Counted from the stretch's first letter, positions 1 to 10,688 are shown. The stretch is 64,000 nt of DNA from an uncultured Verrucomicrobiae bacterium (GCA_963726745.1 CAVSDR010000004.1:224001-288000); one strand, 5' to 3'. A program made the numbers and translations. Notes: generated by a model from the sequence alone, not told the origin.

Positions 1-69
1 CGCGGCCTTCGCGGGTTTCGCCTTCTTCTCGGCCTTCGCCGGTTTTGTCTCTTCTGATTCTTCTGCCAT
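1..69 (-). CDS. rpsK: Probable 30S ribosomal protein S11, N-terminal fragment running off the window
   Basis: ATG at 69 with GGAG upstream; reads MAEESEETKPAKAEKKAKPAKAA. Identity inferred only from position after rpsM; the conserved core is not in the window. Confidence 0.6.
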   Translation of the reverse strand, partial: MAEESEETKPAKAEKKAKPAKAA

Positions 70-101
70 GACCTAGCTCCTGATGTCTAAATTTTTGCGC
101 G

Positions 102-488
102 CTACTTCTTCGCGTCCTTGTTGCGGATCACGCCGACCGTCTTGCGCGGGCCCTTGCGCGTGCGCGCGTTCGTGGAAGTTCTCTGCCCGCGGACCGGAAG
201 GCCGCGGCGATGCCGAATGCCGCGGTAACAATTGATCGCCTGGAGGCGCTTGAGGTTGCTCTGGAGATCGCGGCGCAGATCGCCCTCGATCATGAGCTTG
301 TTGTCGGTGATCGCGTGGATGATGTCGTTCAACTGCGAGGGCGAAAGATCCTTCGCGCGCAGGTTGGGATCGATGTTCGTCTGATCGAGGATGCGCTTCG
401 CGGTCGTCGGCCCGATGCCGTAGACGTAGGTGAGAGACGCTTCGATGCGCTTGTCCGAGGGAATTTCTACTCCGAGTAAACGTGGCAT
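102..488 (-). CDS. rpsM: 30S ribosomal protein S13
   Basis: [27 protein letters not shown] motif. Confidence 0.98.
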   Translation of the reverse strand: MPRLLGVEIPSDKRIEASLTYVYGIGPTTAKRILDQTNIDPNLRAKDLSPSQLNDIIHAITDNKLMIEGDLRRDLQSNLKRLQAINCYRGIRHRRGLPVRGQRTSTNARTRKGPRKTVGVIRNKDAKK

Positions 489-512
489 AAGGAAAAATTA
501 AATAAGCGCTCG

Positions 513-626
513 TTAGCCCTGCCGCTGTTTATGGCGGGGATTCTTGCAAATCACGCGGACAACATTCTTCCGCTTCACGATCTTGCACGCTTCACAAAGT
601 CTTTTTACCGAGGGTCGCACTTTCAT
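513..626 (-). CDS. rpmJ: 50S ribosomal protein L36, zinc-binding form (not in ORF track)
   Basis: Hand translation [37 protein letters not shown]. Confidence 0.98.
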   Translation of the reverse strand: MKVRPSVKRLCEACKIVKRKNVVRVICKNPRHKQRQG

Positions 627-647
627 AACTGGGCCGATTTAGGAGAC

Positions 648-672
648 AAAAAACGCGGAGATTGGCTCCGCG
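648..672 (-). terminator. Intrinsic-terminator-like hairpin between map and rpmJ
   Basis: Minus strand CGCGGAG-CCAAT-CTCCGCG followed by TTTTTT. Confidence 0.7.
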
Positions 673-793
673 CGATCACTCTGGGCGAACGTCGTTCGCC
701 GCTCCGACAATCCGTAAGGAGAAAGACAGTTAGCAGAAGATTCCGAGCTGGCAACACGGAGCGCATGATTTTTCGGAGAATTTGCCGGCAACT

Positions 794-1570
794 TCACTTG
801 AGCTGGGCCTGGCCTCGGGCAGTCAGAATTTCCGGCGCCTCGCGCGTGATCAAAACCGTATGCTCGAAATGCGCCGAGGGCATGCCGTCGGCCGTGCAAA
901 CGGTCCAGCCATCGTCCATCAAGCGTACGCCCGCGGCGCCACTATTGATCATCGGCTCGATCGCCAAAGTCATACCTGCTTTCAAGCGCGGGCCGCTGCC
1001 GGGGCGGCCGTAGTTCGGCACCTGCGGTTCCTCGTGCAACTTCCGGCCCACGCCGTGACCGACGAATTCCCGAACCACCGAGAAACCATGGCCGACCGCT
1101 TCCTGCTCGATCGCTGAGCAGACATCGCCCAGGCGCACGCCTTCGCCGATGACGCTGATTGCGCACCGGAGCGCATTTTCAGTCACGCGAAGCAGCTTCT
1201 CCGTGCGTTCGTCGATCTGGCCGACCGCGACGGTGTAAGCCGTGTCCCCCACCCAACCGTCTTTGATCACGCCAATGTCGAGCTTGACGATGTCGCCGTA
1301 TTGGATGCGTCGCTGGCTGCCAATGCCGTGGACGATTTCGTCATTGAGCGAAATGCAGATGTTACCGGGAAACACGCGATGCCCCAGCCGGTAGCCCAGG
1401 AAAGCGCTGCGCACCTTGGCTTCCGCCATCAGGTCGGCGGCCGCTTCGTCGACTTCTTTCGTGGAAATGCCCGGCCGCACGAGCTCGCTTAAGCGCTCGA
1501 GGATCTCGCTCGCCGTGCGGCAGGCCAGCCGCATTTTCTCGATCTCTTTCCCGCTCTTGATCGGGATCAT
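794..1570 (-). CDS. map: Type I methionine aminopeptidase
   Basis: Starts MIPIKSGKEIEKMR; HGIG, DIG, GHGVG..HEEP, AIEPM, SAHFEHT motifs; ATG overlaps the adk stop. Confidence 0.97.
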   Translation of the reverse strand: MIPIKSGKEIEKMRLACRTASEILERLSELVRPGISTKEVDEAAADLMAEAKVRSAFLGYRLGHRVFPGNICISLNDEIVHGIGSQRRIQYGDIVKLDIGVIKDGWVGDTAYTVAVGQIDERTEKLLRVTENALRCAISVIGEGVRLGDVCSAIEQEAVGHGFSVVREFVGHGVGRKLHEEPQVPNYGRPGSGPRLKAGMTLAIEPMINSGAAGVRLMDDGWTVCTADGMPSAHFEHTVLITREAPEILTARGQAQLK

Positions 1571-2223
1571 GCCGCCGCCTGTTCGATCAAGCGCGAGATG
1601 TCGGCAAAAACTTCCTCGCGGCCGCGATTGCCATCGATTTTTTGGAGGCAGCCAAGTTTTTGGTAATACTCCGCCAACGGCTCCGTCTTGGCGTGGAATT
1701 CCGCCAGCCGCTTCTGCAAAACGGAGACATCGTCGTCCGTGCGGCGCACCAGTGGACCGTCGCAATATGGGCAGATGGGTCGCTCCGCGAAGACGGCAGC
1801 TCCCGCGCTGGTGGTGAACCCGCAGGCCTGGCATTGCAGCCGGCTGGAGATGCGATCGATCACCGTCTGCTCGCCGACCTCCAGCCAGATCGCGAGATCC
1901 AGCGGCGTCTTCCGGCGTTCCAACAAATTCTGCAAGCTCTCCGCCTGACCGGCGGTGCGCGGGAAGCCATCGAAGACGAAACCATGGCCGCCGTGCAGAC
2001 GCAGCCAGTCTTCGATCAGCTCCACGATGATCTTGTCCGAAACCAAGCCACCATGCTGCGTCGTCTCCGCGGTTTCGAGGCCGAGCGGCGTGCCGAGATC
2101 GCGTTCGCGACGAAGGATCGCGCCAGGCGACGTCACCGGCACTCCGAATTGCCGGGTAATCATCTCTGCCTGGGTTCCCTTTCCGGAACCGGGCGCGCCG
2201 AGGAGGACGAGTCGCCTTTTCAC
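1567..2223 (-). CDS. adk: Adenylate kinase with Cys4 zinc LID
   Basis: GAPGSGKGTQ P-loop, FDGFPRT, CQAC...CPYC, RTDD; GTG start overlaps the secY stop. Confidence 0.96.
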   Translation of the reverse strand: MKRRLVLLGAPGSGKGTQAEMITRQFGVPVTSPGAILRRERDLGTPLGLETAETTQHGGLVSDKIIVELIEDWLRLHGGHGFVFDGFPRTAGQAESLQNLLERRKTPLDLAIWLEVGEQTVIDRISSRLQCQACGFTTSAGAAVFAERPICPYCDGPLVRRTDDDVSVLQKRLAEFHAKTEPLAEYYQKLGCLQKIDGNRGREEVFADISRLIEQAAA

Positions 2224-3725
2224 TAGCGCCCGTAAACGAAGATGGCCACGCCGCCGATCACGAGGACCGCGATTCCAACGTAGAGCCACATCAAGGTAGT
2301 TTGCGGCGCTGCTTCACCGCGATTGTAGGAAGAGCGATCGGAACGGCCCCGGATGCGCCCCTTGCGCAGGAACCCGTCGTAATGCCGCTGGATCAAATGC
2401 GTTTCTACCTGCCGCATGGTGTCGAGCATTACGCCGACAATAATCAGCAAGCTGGTGCCGCCGAAGAATTGCGCGGTGATAGCTGGCACATTGAGCGATT
2501 GGCTAAGCAGACTCGGAAGAATCGCGATAATCGTAAGGAAGATCGCGCCGGCAAAAGTCAGGCGCGTCATCGTGAAGTCGAGGAACTCCGCGGTCGGCTT
2601 GCCTGGACGCACGCCCGGGATGTAACCGCCGTATTTCTTCAAGTCGTCGGCAATCTGCGAAGGCTGAAACTGCGTCGCGACCCAGAAGTAACTGAAAAAG
2701 AAAATCATCAACGCCAGGGCCACGTAATGCGCCCAGCCATGCGCGAGCGCATCCGAGATCTGGCGTGCGAGCCGGCTGTTTTGGAAAGCCATGCTCACGA
2801 TCGTGGTCGGGAACAACAACAACGCCCACGCGAAGATGATCGGCATGACGCCGGCGTAGTTAACCTTCAAAGGCATATACTGCGTCTGGCCGCCATACAT
2901 CTTCCGGCCGACCACCCGCTTGGCATATTGCACCGTGATCTTGCGCACGCCCTGCGTGACCGCGATGACCGCCGCGATCACGATGAAGAGAAATGCGATC
3001 ATCATGACCAAGATTGCCGGACTCACCTGACCGGTCCCGGCGCCCGTCGGAACGAAAGTCTTCCAGGCCTGGGCAAGCGCTGCAGGCAGGCGCGCCACGA
3101 TCCCCACGGTGATGATGAGCGAGATGCCGTTCCCGATGCCGCGCTCGGTGATTTGGTCACCCAGCCACATCAGGAAAAGAGTGCCCGAAGTGAGCGTAAG
3201 CACGGTGACGATGCGGAACATCATCCCGAGATCGGCCACCAAAGGGATGCCTAATTTACTGACCGTCTCGGTGATCCCCGGCAGCATCGTCTGGTAGGAT
3301 TCCGGATGCTGGAAGGAAACCGCCAGGAGGTAACCCTGGACAATACAAAGCGCCACGGTCGCGTAGCGGGTGTACTGCATGATCTTCTGCCGGCCACCGT
3401 CCTCGCGGGCCAGGCGTCCGAGCTGCGGGATTACGGCCGTGAGCAGCTGCATCATGATCGATGCGCTGATATACGGCATAATGCCTAACGAGAAGATGGC
3501 GCAGTTCTCGAGTGCGCCACCGCTGAATAAGTTAAATAGCGCCGCGACCCCGCCTCCCGATTTCTGCGAGAAGCTGCCCCGGAACCATTCCTGCAGGACG
3601 GCCGCGTTCACTCCAGGCGTGCTGATGGCAGCACCCAGGCGAACAATGACGATCACCGCGAGGGTGAACAAAATCCGCCGGCGAAGCTCGGGGATTTTAA
3701 CGGAATTGAGAAAGGCCGAAACCAT
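2223..3725 (-). CDS. secY: Preprotein translocase SecY
   Basis: IFSLGIMPYISASI, GIGNGISL, IPGVRPG, GGTSLLIIVGV motifs. Confidence 0.99.
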   Translation of the reverse strand: MVSAFLNSVKIPELRRRILFTLAVIVIVRLGAAISTPGVNAAVLQEWFRGSFSQKSGGGVAALFNLFSGGALENCAIFSLGIMPYISASIMMQLLTAVIPQLGRLAREDGGRQKIMQYTRYATVALCIVQGYLLAVSFQHPESYQTMLPGITETVSKLGIPLVADLGMMFRIVTVLTLTSGTLFLMWLGDQITERGIGNGISLIITVGIVARLPAALAQAWKTFVPTGAGTGQVSPAILVMMIAFLFIVIAAVIAVTQGVRKITVQYAKRVVGRKMYGGQTQYMPLKVNYAGVMPIIFAWALLLFPTTIVSMAFQNSRLARQISDALAHGWAHYVALALMIFFFSYFWVATQFQPSQIADDLKKYGGYIPGVRPGKPTAEFLDFTMTRLTFAGAIFLTIIAILPSLLSQSLNVPAITAQFFGGTSLLIIVGVMLDTMRQVETHLIQRHYDGFLRKGRIRGRSDRSSYNRGEAAPQTTLMWLYVGIAVLVIGGVAIFVYGR

Positions 3726-3734
3726 TCCGATTCG

Positions 3735-4283
3735 TTAGCTCTTTTTTTTCGCCGCGCCGCTCTTCTTGGCTGCCGGAGATTTTTTCGCTGCTGCCGCCGC
3801 CGCTTCCGGACGCCGTGGTCCGCGAGGACCCGCTTCCGGCTTCAGGTTCAGCGTGCCGCCGGCGCTTTCGATCTTCGCGCGGGCCGCTTCGCTGGCTTTA
3901 TCGGCCTCGATCGTCAGCCCGTGCTTCAATTCGCCGGTGGCAAGAATTTTGACCCCGGCGCCGTTGCCGCGCACCAGGCCGGCATCACGCAGGAGCTGCT
4001 CCGTCACGGTAGTGCCGGCGTCGAATTCGTTCAGATCACTTAGGTTGACCACCGCGTAAGTCTTATGAAAACGCGCGTTGTTAAAGCCGCGTTTCGGGAG
4101 ACGACGAATGAGCGGCATCTGGCCGCCTTCGAAACCGAGACGAATGCTGCCGCCGGAACGCGCCTTCTGGCCCTTGTGTCCCTTGCCGCTGGTCTTGCCA
4201 TGGCCAGAGCTTTCGCCAATGCCGAGTCGCTTGACCCGATGTTTCGCGCCAGGGCGCGGCTTGAGATTGTGCAACCGCATCAT
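3735..4283 (-). CDS. rplO: 50S ribosomal protein L15
   Basis: [25 protein letters not shown]; Ala/Lys-rich tail. Confidence 0.98.
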   Translation of the reverse strand: MMRLHNLKPRPGAKHRVKRLGIGESSGHGKTSGKGHKGQKARSGGSIRLGFEGGQMPLIRRLPKRGFNNARFHKTYAVVNLSDLNEFDAGTTVTEQLLRDAGLVRGNGAGVKILATGELKHGLTIEADKASEAARAKIESAGGTLNLKPEAGPRGPRRPEAAAAAAKKSPAAKKSGAAKKKS

Positions 4284-4843
4284 GACTCGTCACCCTTTCC
4301 GTCCGCCGTCGCCATTGCTGGGCGAATCCCACGGGTCTTGAAAATTTCGTCTTTCCGGCGCAGGCCGCGTAGCGCTTCGATCGTGGCCTTGACCACATTC
4401 GAGTGATTGCTCGAGCCTAACGACTTTGCCAGCACATCCTTGATTCCGACCGCTTCCACGACCGCACGCACGCCGCCGCCAGCGATGACGCCAGTTCCAG
4501 GCGAAGCCGGGCGCAAAAGCACACGACCGCCGCCGAATTCCCCGACCGTCTCGTGCGGGATGGTGTTCAAATGCAGGGACATTTTCTCCATCCCTTTGCG
4601 AGCAGCTTCCGAGGCCTTGCGGATCGCTTCTGCGACTTCATTGGCCTTGCCAAATCCGACACCGACTTTGCCGTCGTGATCGCCCGCCACAATCAAGGCG
4701 CTGAAGCTGAAGCGACGTCCGCCCTTCACGACCTTCGCGCATCGATTGATGAACACGACCTTCTCGGTCGTATCCCCACGTGCTGCTGAGCTCTTATCTG
4801 TCTGGCGTTCCTGACGCCGACCGCCACCGTGTTGTTGTGCCAT
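4280..4843 (-). CDS. rpsE: 30S ribosomal protein S5
   Basis: [27 protein letters not shown]. Confidence 0.98.
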   Translation of the reverse strand: MAQQHGGGRRQERQTDKSSAARGDTTEKVVFINRCAKVVKGGRRFSFSALIVAGDHDGKVGVGFGKANEVAEAIRKASEAARKGMEKMSLHLNTIPHETVGEFGGGRVLLRPASPGTGVIAGGGVRAVVEAVGIKDVLAKSLGSSNHSNVVKATIEALRGLRRKDEIFKTRGIRPAMATADGKGDES

Positions 4844-4853
4844 GACTTATTTT

Positions 4854-5207
4854 CTAAAACTTAAGTCCGCCTTCGCGGGCCGCATCAGCCAGCGCTTTCA
4901 CTTTGCCGTGATACTGCGCGCCGCCGCGATCGAAGACGACTTTGTCGACATTCTTCGCGAGCAACCGCTCGGCGACCGACTTGCCAATCTTCTCCGCCGA
5001 GGCGCGATTCGCCGCGGCTTTGCCAAAACCTTCTTCCGTGGTCGTCGCGGCCGCGAGGGTGCGACCGGCATCGTCGTCGATCACCTGGGCATAGACATGC
5101 TTGCCCGAGAAATGCACTGCCAGGCGGGGCCGTTCGGCCGTGCCGCTGACGCGTTTGCGGATGCGCTTGTGGATCCGGTCCCGAATAATTTTGCGACTCG
5201 CTCTCAT
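4854..5207 (-). CDS. rplR: 50S ribosomal protein L18
   Basis: GTAERPRLAV, VFDRGG..YHGKVKALADAAREGGLKF. Confidence 0.98.
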   Translation of the reverse strand: MRASRKIIRDRIHKRIRKRVSGTAERPRLAVHFSGKHVYAQVIDDDAGRTLAAATTTEEGFGKAAANRASAEKIGKSVAERLLAKNVDKVVFDRGGAQYHGKVKALADAAREGGLKF

Positions 5208-5208
5208 A

Positions 5209-5749
5209 TTACTGAACCGTCTTTCCTTCCTTGCGGCGAATCACTTCGCCCGCGTAACGCACGCCCTTGCCCTTGTAAGGCTCGGGTGGGTAATAACGGC
5301 GAATGTCCGCCGCCACCTGGCCGACAACTTTCTTGTCGATGCCACTGATGCTGATCTTGGTGTTGTCCGCGACTTTGATCTCGATCCCTTGGGGAATCGG
5401 GAAAAGCACGGGATGCGAAAAACCGAGCGCAAGGTTCAAAATCTGACCCTTGAACGTTGGCCTTGAAGCCCACGCCCTCGATGATGAGATCCTTGGTGAA
5501 GCCGGTACTGACGCCTTGGACCATGTTGTGGACCAGGCTACGCGAAAGACCATGCAGCGCCTTCACGCTGCGGGTCTCGGCGCTGCGGACGACATTGATC
5601 GTCTTGTCCGAAACTGTTGCCTGGATTTCACGCGGCAACTGCCAGTTTAGCTTACCCTTCGGTCCCTCCACCGCGACGGCGCCATCGTTGCCGATGTTTA
5701 CCTTCACCTTGTCGGGAATCTCGACCGCTTTATTTCCAATTCGTGACAT
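5209..5749 (-). CDS. rplF: 50S ribosomal protein L6, frameshifted near 5445 (probable sequencing indel)
   Basis: MSRIGNK... in one frame and LALGFSHP...[11 protein letters not shown] in another. Confidence 0.96.
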
Positions 5750-5764
5750 AGCAATTCGGGCCGC

Positions 5765-6163
5765 TTACCAAATGTAAGCCAGCAACTCGCCTCCCAGTTT
5801 TTGCTTCTTGGCGTCCTTGCCGGAGAGGATCCCGCGCGAAGTCGAAAGAATCGAGATGCCCATGCCACCGAGGACGCGCGGAATTTCATCGGCGCCCACA
5901 TAGCGGCGGAGACCAGGACGGCTCACGCGCTTCAAGCCGGTGATCGCGCTGGTGCGGTTGTGGATCTTGTTCGTGATCTTGATCCGCGGATGCGCCCCTT
6001 CGTTGTTCAGTTCAAAATCGGTGATGTAGCCTTCTTCCTTCAAGATGCGGATGATCTCCGACTTGATCTTGGAATAAGGGACAAACATTTCGTGCTTCCC
6101 GGCAGCCCCGGCGTTGCGCACGCGGGCCAGGAGGTCGGCAATAGGATCGGTTACAGTGCTCAT
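5765..6163 (-). CDS. rpsH: 30S ribosomal protein S8
   Basis: TDPIADLL, SRPGLRRY, ILSTSRG, GGELLAYIW. Confidence 0.98.
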   Translation of the reverse strand: MSTVTDPIADLLARVRNAGAAGKHEMFVPYSKIKSEIIRILKEEGYITDFELNNEGAHPRIKITNKIHNRTSAITGLKRVSRPGLRRYVGADEIPRVLGGMGISILSTSRGILSGKDAKKQKLGGELLAYIW

Positions 6164-6166
6164 TCG

Positions 6167-6742
6167 TTAGGCCGCGGCAGGGGCGGCAGGTTTTTTCGCG
6201 CGATCGCTGAAGGGCATGCCCATTTCGGCGAGAAGCGACTTGGCTTCTTCGTTCGTCCGCGCGGAAGTGACGATGGTAACATCAAAACCGATGTTGCGCT
6301 TGATTTTATCGAGCTCGACTTCGGGGAAGATCGACTGATCGGAAACGCCCAAGGTGTAGTTGCCGTTGCCGTCAAAGGCCTTCGGCGAAACTCCACGAAA
6401 ATCGCGGATGCGCGGGAGGGCGGTTTTGATCAAACGCTCCAGGAATTCATACATGTGCTCGCCGCGCAGGGTAACCTTCGCGCCGATGGCCTGCTCCTGC
6501 CGGAGCTTGAAGTTCGCGATGCTTTTCTTCGCACGGGTCTCGGCCGGCTTCTGTCCGCTGATGAGCGCGAGTTCCGCCTTGGCGTCCTCTAGAGCCTGCT
6601 TCACATCGGCTTGTGAACCAACAGAAGTGTTGATCACCACTTTCTCCACTTTCGGGATCTGGTGGACGTTCTTGTAGCCGTGGGTTTCCTGCAGGGCAGG
6701 AACCACGCGCTTTTTGTAGTCGTCGTAAAATTCGTTCTTCAT
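6167..6742 (-). CDS. rplE: 50S ribosomal protein L5
   Basis: ALPRIRDFRG, FDGNGNYTLG. Confidence 0.98.
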   Translation of the reverse strand: MKNEFYDDYKKRVVPALQETHGYKNVHQIPKVEKVVINTSVGSQADVKQALEDAKAELALISGQKPAETRAKKSIANFKLRQEQAIGAKVTLRGEHMYEFLERLIKTALPRIRDFRGVSPKAFDGNGNYTLGVSDQSIFPEVELDKIKRNIGFDVTIVTSARTNEEAKSLLAEMGMPFSDRAKKPAAPAAA

Positions 6743-6745
6743 GGC

Positions 6746-7090
6746 TTACGCCTCCTCTTTGGAGGCTTTCTTTTTAGCCGGCGCTTTCTTCTTCGCGGCC
6801 GCTTTCGGTTTAGCCGACGCCTTGGTCTTGGCGTCCTTCTTGTCGGTCTTCTCCGGGCGATCGAGCACTTTCACATTCGAGATGTGAATCGGGCCTTCGC
6901 GCTCGGCGATTTTGCCCTGCGGATTGTCCTGAGACTTGCGCAGATGCTTCTTGATCATGCGCACGCCCTCCACGAGCACGCGCTGCTTGGTGGCCATCAC
7001 TTCCAGCACCTTGCCGCTGGAACCTTTGAAGTTGCCGGCAATTACTTCCACATTGTCGCCCTTGCGGACGTGCAGCTTGATCCGGTTCAT
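6746..7090 (-). CDS. rplX: 50S ribosomal protein L24
   Basis: [19 protein letters not shown]; Lys/Ala-rich tail. Confidence 0.97.
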   Translation of the reverse strand: MNRIKLHVRKGDNVEVIAGNFKGSSGKVLEVMATKQRVLVEGVRMIKKHLRKSQDNPQGKIAEREGPIHISNVKVLDRPEKTDKKDAKTKASAKPKAAAKKKAPAKKKASKEEA

Positions 7091-7455
7091 AGAACCTCCG
7101 GCGCCAGGGAGACGATCTTCATGAAATTGCGCTCGCGCAGTTCACGGGCGACTGGCCCGAAGATACGGGTGCCACGCGGGTTCAGGTCTTTGTCGATGAT
7201 CACGATCGCGTTGTTGTCGAAACGCAGGACCGAGCCGTCGTCGCGCTTGATTGGCTGCCGAGTGCGCACGAGGACCGCGCGCACGACTTCGCCCTTCTTC
7301 ACCGTGCCGCCGGCGGAGGCTTCCTTCACGTTCGCGGTGATCACGTCGCCGATGCCGGCAGTCTGGCTGGTGCCCTGACCAATGACGCCGATCATCGTGG
7401 CCATGCGTGCGCCGCTGTTATCGGCCACGTCGAGTCTGGATCTAATCTGAACCAT
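7087..7455 (-). CDS. rplN: 50S ribosomal protein L14
   Basis: [29 protein letters not shown]. Confidence 0.99.
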   Translation of the reverse strand: MVQIRSRLDVADNSGARMATMIGVIGQGTSQTAGIGDVITANVKEASAGGTVKKGEVVRAVLVRTRQPIKRDDGSVLRFDNNAIVIIDKDLNPRGTRIFGPVARELRERNFMKIVSLAPEVL

Positions 7456-7477
7456 ATAAAATTTCCCTGTTGTTAGG

Positions 7478-7774
7478 CTACTTCGCGACCACTTCGACCA
7501 GCCGCCAGCGCTTGAGCTTGCTCAAAGGGCGGGTCTCCATGATCCGGACGGTGTCGCCGGTCTTCGCCTTGTTCTCTTCGTCGTGAGCGTAGAATTTCTT
7601 CATCTGCTTCACGATTTTGCCGAACTTCGCGTGCGGCACGCGGGTGACGGTGCGAACCACGATGGTCTTGTTCATCCCGCTGGAAATGACTTCGCCGGTG
7701 CGGGTCTTCCGCGTTGGGCGTTTGGTTTCCTCGGCCGTGCTCGGGCTATTCTCAGTCTGTGTCTCTTCGGCCAT
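7478..7774 (-). CDS. rpsQ: 30S ribosomal protein S17
   Basis: [17 protein letters not shown]. Confidence 0.98.
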   Translation of the reverse strand: MAEETQTENSPSTAEETKRPTRKTRTGEVISSGMNKTIVVRTVTRVPHAKFGKIVKQMKKFYAHDEENKAKTGDTVRIMETRPLSKLKRWRLVEVVAK

Positions 7775-7777
7775 AAA

Positions 7778-7990
7778 TTATTTGCTCGCGGGTTGCTGCT
7801 GCTGCTGCGCGCGCTGCGAAAGCACGGTCTCGACCTGTGCTACCTGGCGACGGAGGAGACGAAGGCGGCTCGGTTGTTCGAGCTGCCCGCTCTTCTGCTG
7901 GAGGCGGAGATGCAGGCTCTCTTGGCGAAGATCACGCTTCTTCGTGGTCAGCTCTTCGGAGCTCATCTCGTTGATTTCTTTAAATTTCAT
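7778..7990 (-). CDS. rpmC: 50S ribosomal protein L29
   Basis: LRLQQKSGQLEQPSRLR; position between rplP and rpsQ. Confidence 0.96.
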   Translation of the reverse strand: MKFKEINEMSSEELTTKKRDLRQESLHLRLQQKSGQLEQPSRLRLLRRQVAQVETVLSQRAQQQQQPASK

Positions 7991-7995
7991 ACTCG

Positions 7996-8421
7996 TTAGG
8001 CGGCAGCCACGTGGTGCCGGGTGAGGAACTTGGTCCGGACTGGCAGCTTATTGGCCGCCAGGCGGAGCGACTCGCGGGCGACCGATTCAGTCACGCCGTC
8101 GAGCTCAAAAAGAATGTTGCCGGGGCGCACGGTCGCAACCCATTTCTCCGGCTGGCCTTTACCTTTACCCATGCGGGTTTCTGGCGGGCGGGCGGTGACG
8201 GATTTGTCCGGGAAGATACGAATCCAAAGCTTGCCTTTGCGTTTCATGTTGCGGGTCAGGGCAACGCGGGCGGCCTCGATCTGGGTGTTGGTGATCCAGG
8301 CGCGTTCCAGCGTCTGGAGCCCGAATTCGCCGAAATCAATCTTGAGCGTGCGGGAAGCGGTCCCCTTGCGGCTGCCCCGCTGGGTCTTGCGATACTTCAC
8401 GCGTTTGGGCATCAATGGCAT
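7996..8421 (-). CDS. rplP: 50S ribosomal protein L16
   Basis: IRIFPDK, RMGKGKG. Confidence 0.99.
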   Translation of the reverse strand: MPLMPKRVKYRKTQRGSRKGTASRTLKIDFGEFGLQTLERAWITNTQIEAARVALTRNMKRKGKLWIRIFPDKSVTARPPETRMGKGKGQPEKWVATVRPGNILFELDGVTESVARESLRLAANKLPVRTKFLTRHHVAAA

Positions 8422-8449
8422 GTCAGTGTCTCCTTAAAAAAATCGTTCG

Positions 8450-9133
8450 TTAGGCTTCGACCGGCGCCGGCGGCGGGGTCGATGGCTGAGCCACCGGTTC
8501 CACCGGCGTCTCGTCCTTCTTACAGATCCAGCATTTCACGCCGATCTTTCCGTAAACTGTATTTGCCTCGGCAAAGCCGTAATCGATCGGCGTACGCAGG
8601 GTGTGAAGCGGCACTTTGCCTTCGCGATACCATTCCGAGCGGGAAATTTCCGCGCCGTTGAGGCGGCCGGAGCTGCGCAGGCGGATGCCCTGGGCACCGA
8701 AGTCCATTGCGATCTGCACGGCCTTTTTCATCGCGCGGCGATAAGCGATGCGGCGCTCGATCTGCAGGGCCACGTTCTCGGCCACGAGCTGCGCGTCGAG
8801 TTCCGGCGTTTTGATTTCCTGGATGTCGATCTTGATCTGTTTCCCCTGCGCCATCTTCGAGATTTCCTCGGTCATCTTCTCGATCTCGGCGCCTTTTCGT
8901 CCAATGACGATACCTGGGCGGGCGGTGTGGATGGTCACGCGAATGCTGTTCCACGCACGCTCGATGATGATCTTCGAGACGGCGGCAAACTGCAGCTTCT
9001 TCTTCACGTAATCGCGGATGCGAATGTCGCTATGGAGGAAGGCCGGCATATCCTGCGGCGAGGCATACCAGCGTGAGCGCCAGTCGCGATTGACCGCGAG
9101 GCGGAAGCCAATTGGATTAACTTTCTGTCCCAT
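8450..9133 (-). CDS. rpsC: 30S ribosomal protein S3
   Basis: [30 protein letters not shown]. Confidence 0.99.
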   Translation of the reverse strand: MGQKVNPIGFRLAVNRDWRSRWYASPQDMPAFLHSDIRIRDYVKKKLQFAAVSKIIIERAWNSIRVTIHTARPGIVIGRKGAEIEKMTEEISKMAQGKQIKIDIQEIKTPELDAQLVAENVALQIERRIAYRRAMKKAVQIAMDFGAQGIRLRSSGRLNGAEISRSEWYREGKVPLHTLRTPIDYGFAEANTVYGKIGVKCWICKKDETPVEPVAQPSTPPPAPVEA

Positions 9134-9135
9134 GA

Positions 9136-9612
9136 CTAGCTTTCTGCTTTCTCTGCGCCAGCTTCGGCCTGGGCCGGGGCGGCTACTTTGGTTTCTTTCG
9201 CGGGCTTGGCGGCCTTCGCGCGGGTGCTCTTTTTCGCGCCCGACTTCTTCGCCTTCGACTTGTCGCGGCGCTTGATCTCGATCTCGTCGGTTAAAATAAT
9301 CCGGATGTGCGCGCTACGCTTGAGGATGCGGCTGCCACTTCCGCGGGCGCGCGTCATCATCCGCTTCATCGTGGGGCCTTCACCCACAGTGGCCTCTTTC
9401 ACCACCAGGCCGTCGACCTTCATGTTGGCGTTGTTCTCCGCGTTGGCCACGGCGCTCTTGAGCGTCTTGTTCACCAAACCGGCGGCTTTTTTGGGGCTAA
9501 ACGCGACCACGTCGAGCGCTGCCGAAACCGGCAGACCCTGGATGGCACGCGTGACCTCGCGCACCTTGAAGGGCGAAATCTTCGCGTAACGATATATCGA
9601 TCGGACTTCCAT
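9136..9612 (-). CDS. rplV: 50S ribosomal protein L22
   Basis: [27 protein letters not shown]; Lys/Ala-rich tail. Confidence 0.98.
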   Translation of the reverse strand: MEVRSIYRYAKISPFKVREVTRAIQGLPVSAALDVVAFSPKKAAGLVNKTLKSAVANAENNANMKVDGLVVKEATVGEGPTMKRMMTRARGSGSRILKRSAHIRIILTDEIEIKRRDKSKAKKSGAKKSTRAKAAKPAKETKVAAPAQAEAGAEKAES

Positions 9613-10404
9613 TTACTTTAAACTCACGTTTTGGCGGGCATCAGCTTGCAGCTTATCCCCTACCTTTATTTTTTCCTTCGTCGTTCCCAATTCCTGAATC
9701 ACCGCCCCGCAAATCTTCTGGCGCACATCGACCACCCGGAGGGTGGCGATCAGGCGGCCGTCGCGCAGCACGCGCAATGGCATCCCAACCTTGACTCCCT
9801 GCCGTTCGCCGAGGTTACCCACGACCAGCGACCACTCGTCTTTCACACTCACCACGCTGCCATCCATCAAGCTGGGCTGCGGCTCCGGCGCTTTCGCCTG
9901 CTGGCTAATCTCGTTCGTCCGCCGCAATTGCGCTTCCACTTCCGCGCGGGCCTTCGCATCGCCGCCCGTTGAAGTCTGGAGCAGCGGCAAAAGCGCTTCC
10001 GTTAACCGCAACATCTGGTCGCGATACTGATCGCGCTCCTTGCGCATCAACTGCAAGTCACTGACCGCGCTTAGGAGCCGTTGCTCCAGCTTCGCACGAT
10101 CCTGACTTGCCGCATCGAGGCCTAATGCTTCCACGCGCAGCTGCAGGTCCGAATACTTTCGGCGGAACAATTCCGCTTCGGCATTCGACTCGGCCAGGCT
10201 CTCCGTGAGGGCCCGGACCGACTGCTGCTGCACCTCGAGCTGCTCGCGCAACTCGCTCAAATTGGATCCTGACAAAGAACTATTTCCCTGCGCCATCAGC
10301 TCACTGGCTGACAAGACGCTGCCTAACAACGCGATCATCGGTTTGCGCCCGACACCGGCCTTTACAGGCCTGCGCCAGTCGAAAAGCGAAAATCGAAAAT
10401 TCAA
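9613..10404 (-). CDS. Hypothetical, probably exported coiled-coil protein with C-terminal beta domain, inserted in the S10 operon
   Basis: 263-aa ORF fills the rpsS-rplV gap and its TAA abuts the rplV ATG. Signal-like segment (MIALLGSVLSASELMA-Q), heptad-rich middle, C-terminal LVVGNLGERQGVKVGMPLRV. Start uncertain. Confidence 0.85.
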   Translation of the reverse strand: MNFRFSLFDWRRPVKAGVGRKPMIALLGSVLSASELMAQGNSSLSGSNLSELREQLEVQQQSVRALTESLAESNAEAELFRRKYSDLQLRVEALGLDAASQDRAKLEQRLLSAVSDLQLMRKERDQYRDQMLRLTEALLPLLQTSTGGDAKARAEVEAQLRRTNEISQQAKAPEPQPSLMDGSVVSVKDEWSLVVGNLGERQGVKVGMPLRVLRDGRLIATLRVVDVRQKICGAVIQELGTTKEKIKVGDKLQADARQNVSLK

Positions 10405-10409
10405 AAAAA

Positions 10410-10688
10410 CTACTTCGTCACCTTCGCCGTATGCGACCCGTGCTTCTTAAAGATGCGCGTCGGTGAGAACTCCCCGAGTTTGTGCCCGACCATGTTTTCG
10501 GTCACGAAAACGGAGTTAAAAATCTTGCCATTATGCACCAGGAAGGTGTGCCCCACGAAATCAGGCGTCACCATCGAACGGCGCGACCAGGTCTTGATCG
10601 GCTTCTTCACCCCGGCGGTGTTCATCTTGTCGATCTTCTCGAGAAGATGCGGTTCGACGAACGGTCCTTTTTTTAACGATCGGCTCAT
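10410..10688 (-). CDS. rpsS: 30S ribosomal protein S19
   Basis: [24 protein letters not shown]. Confidence 0.99.
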   Translation of the reverse strand: MSRSLKKGPFVEPHLLEKIDKMNTAGVKKPIKTWSRRSMVTPDFVGHTFLVHNGKIFNSVFVTENMVGHKLGEFSPTRIFKKHGSHTAKVTK

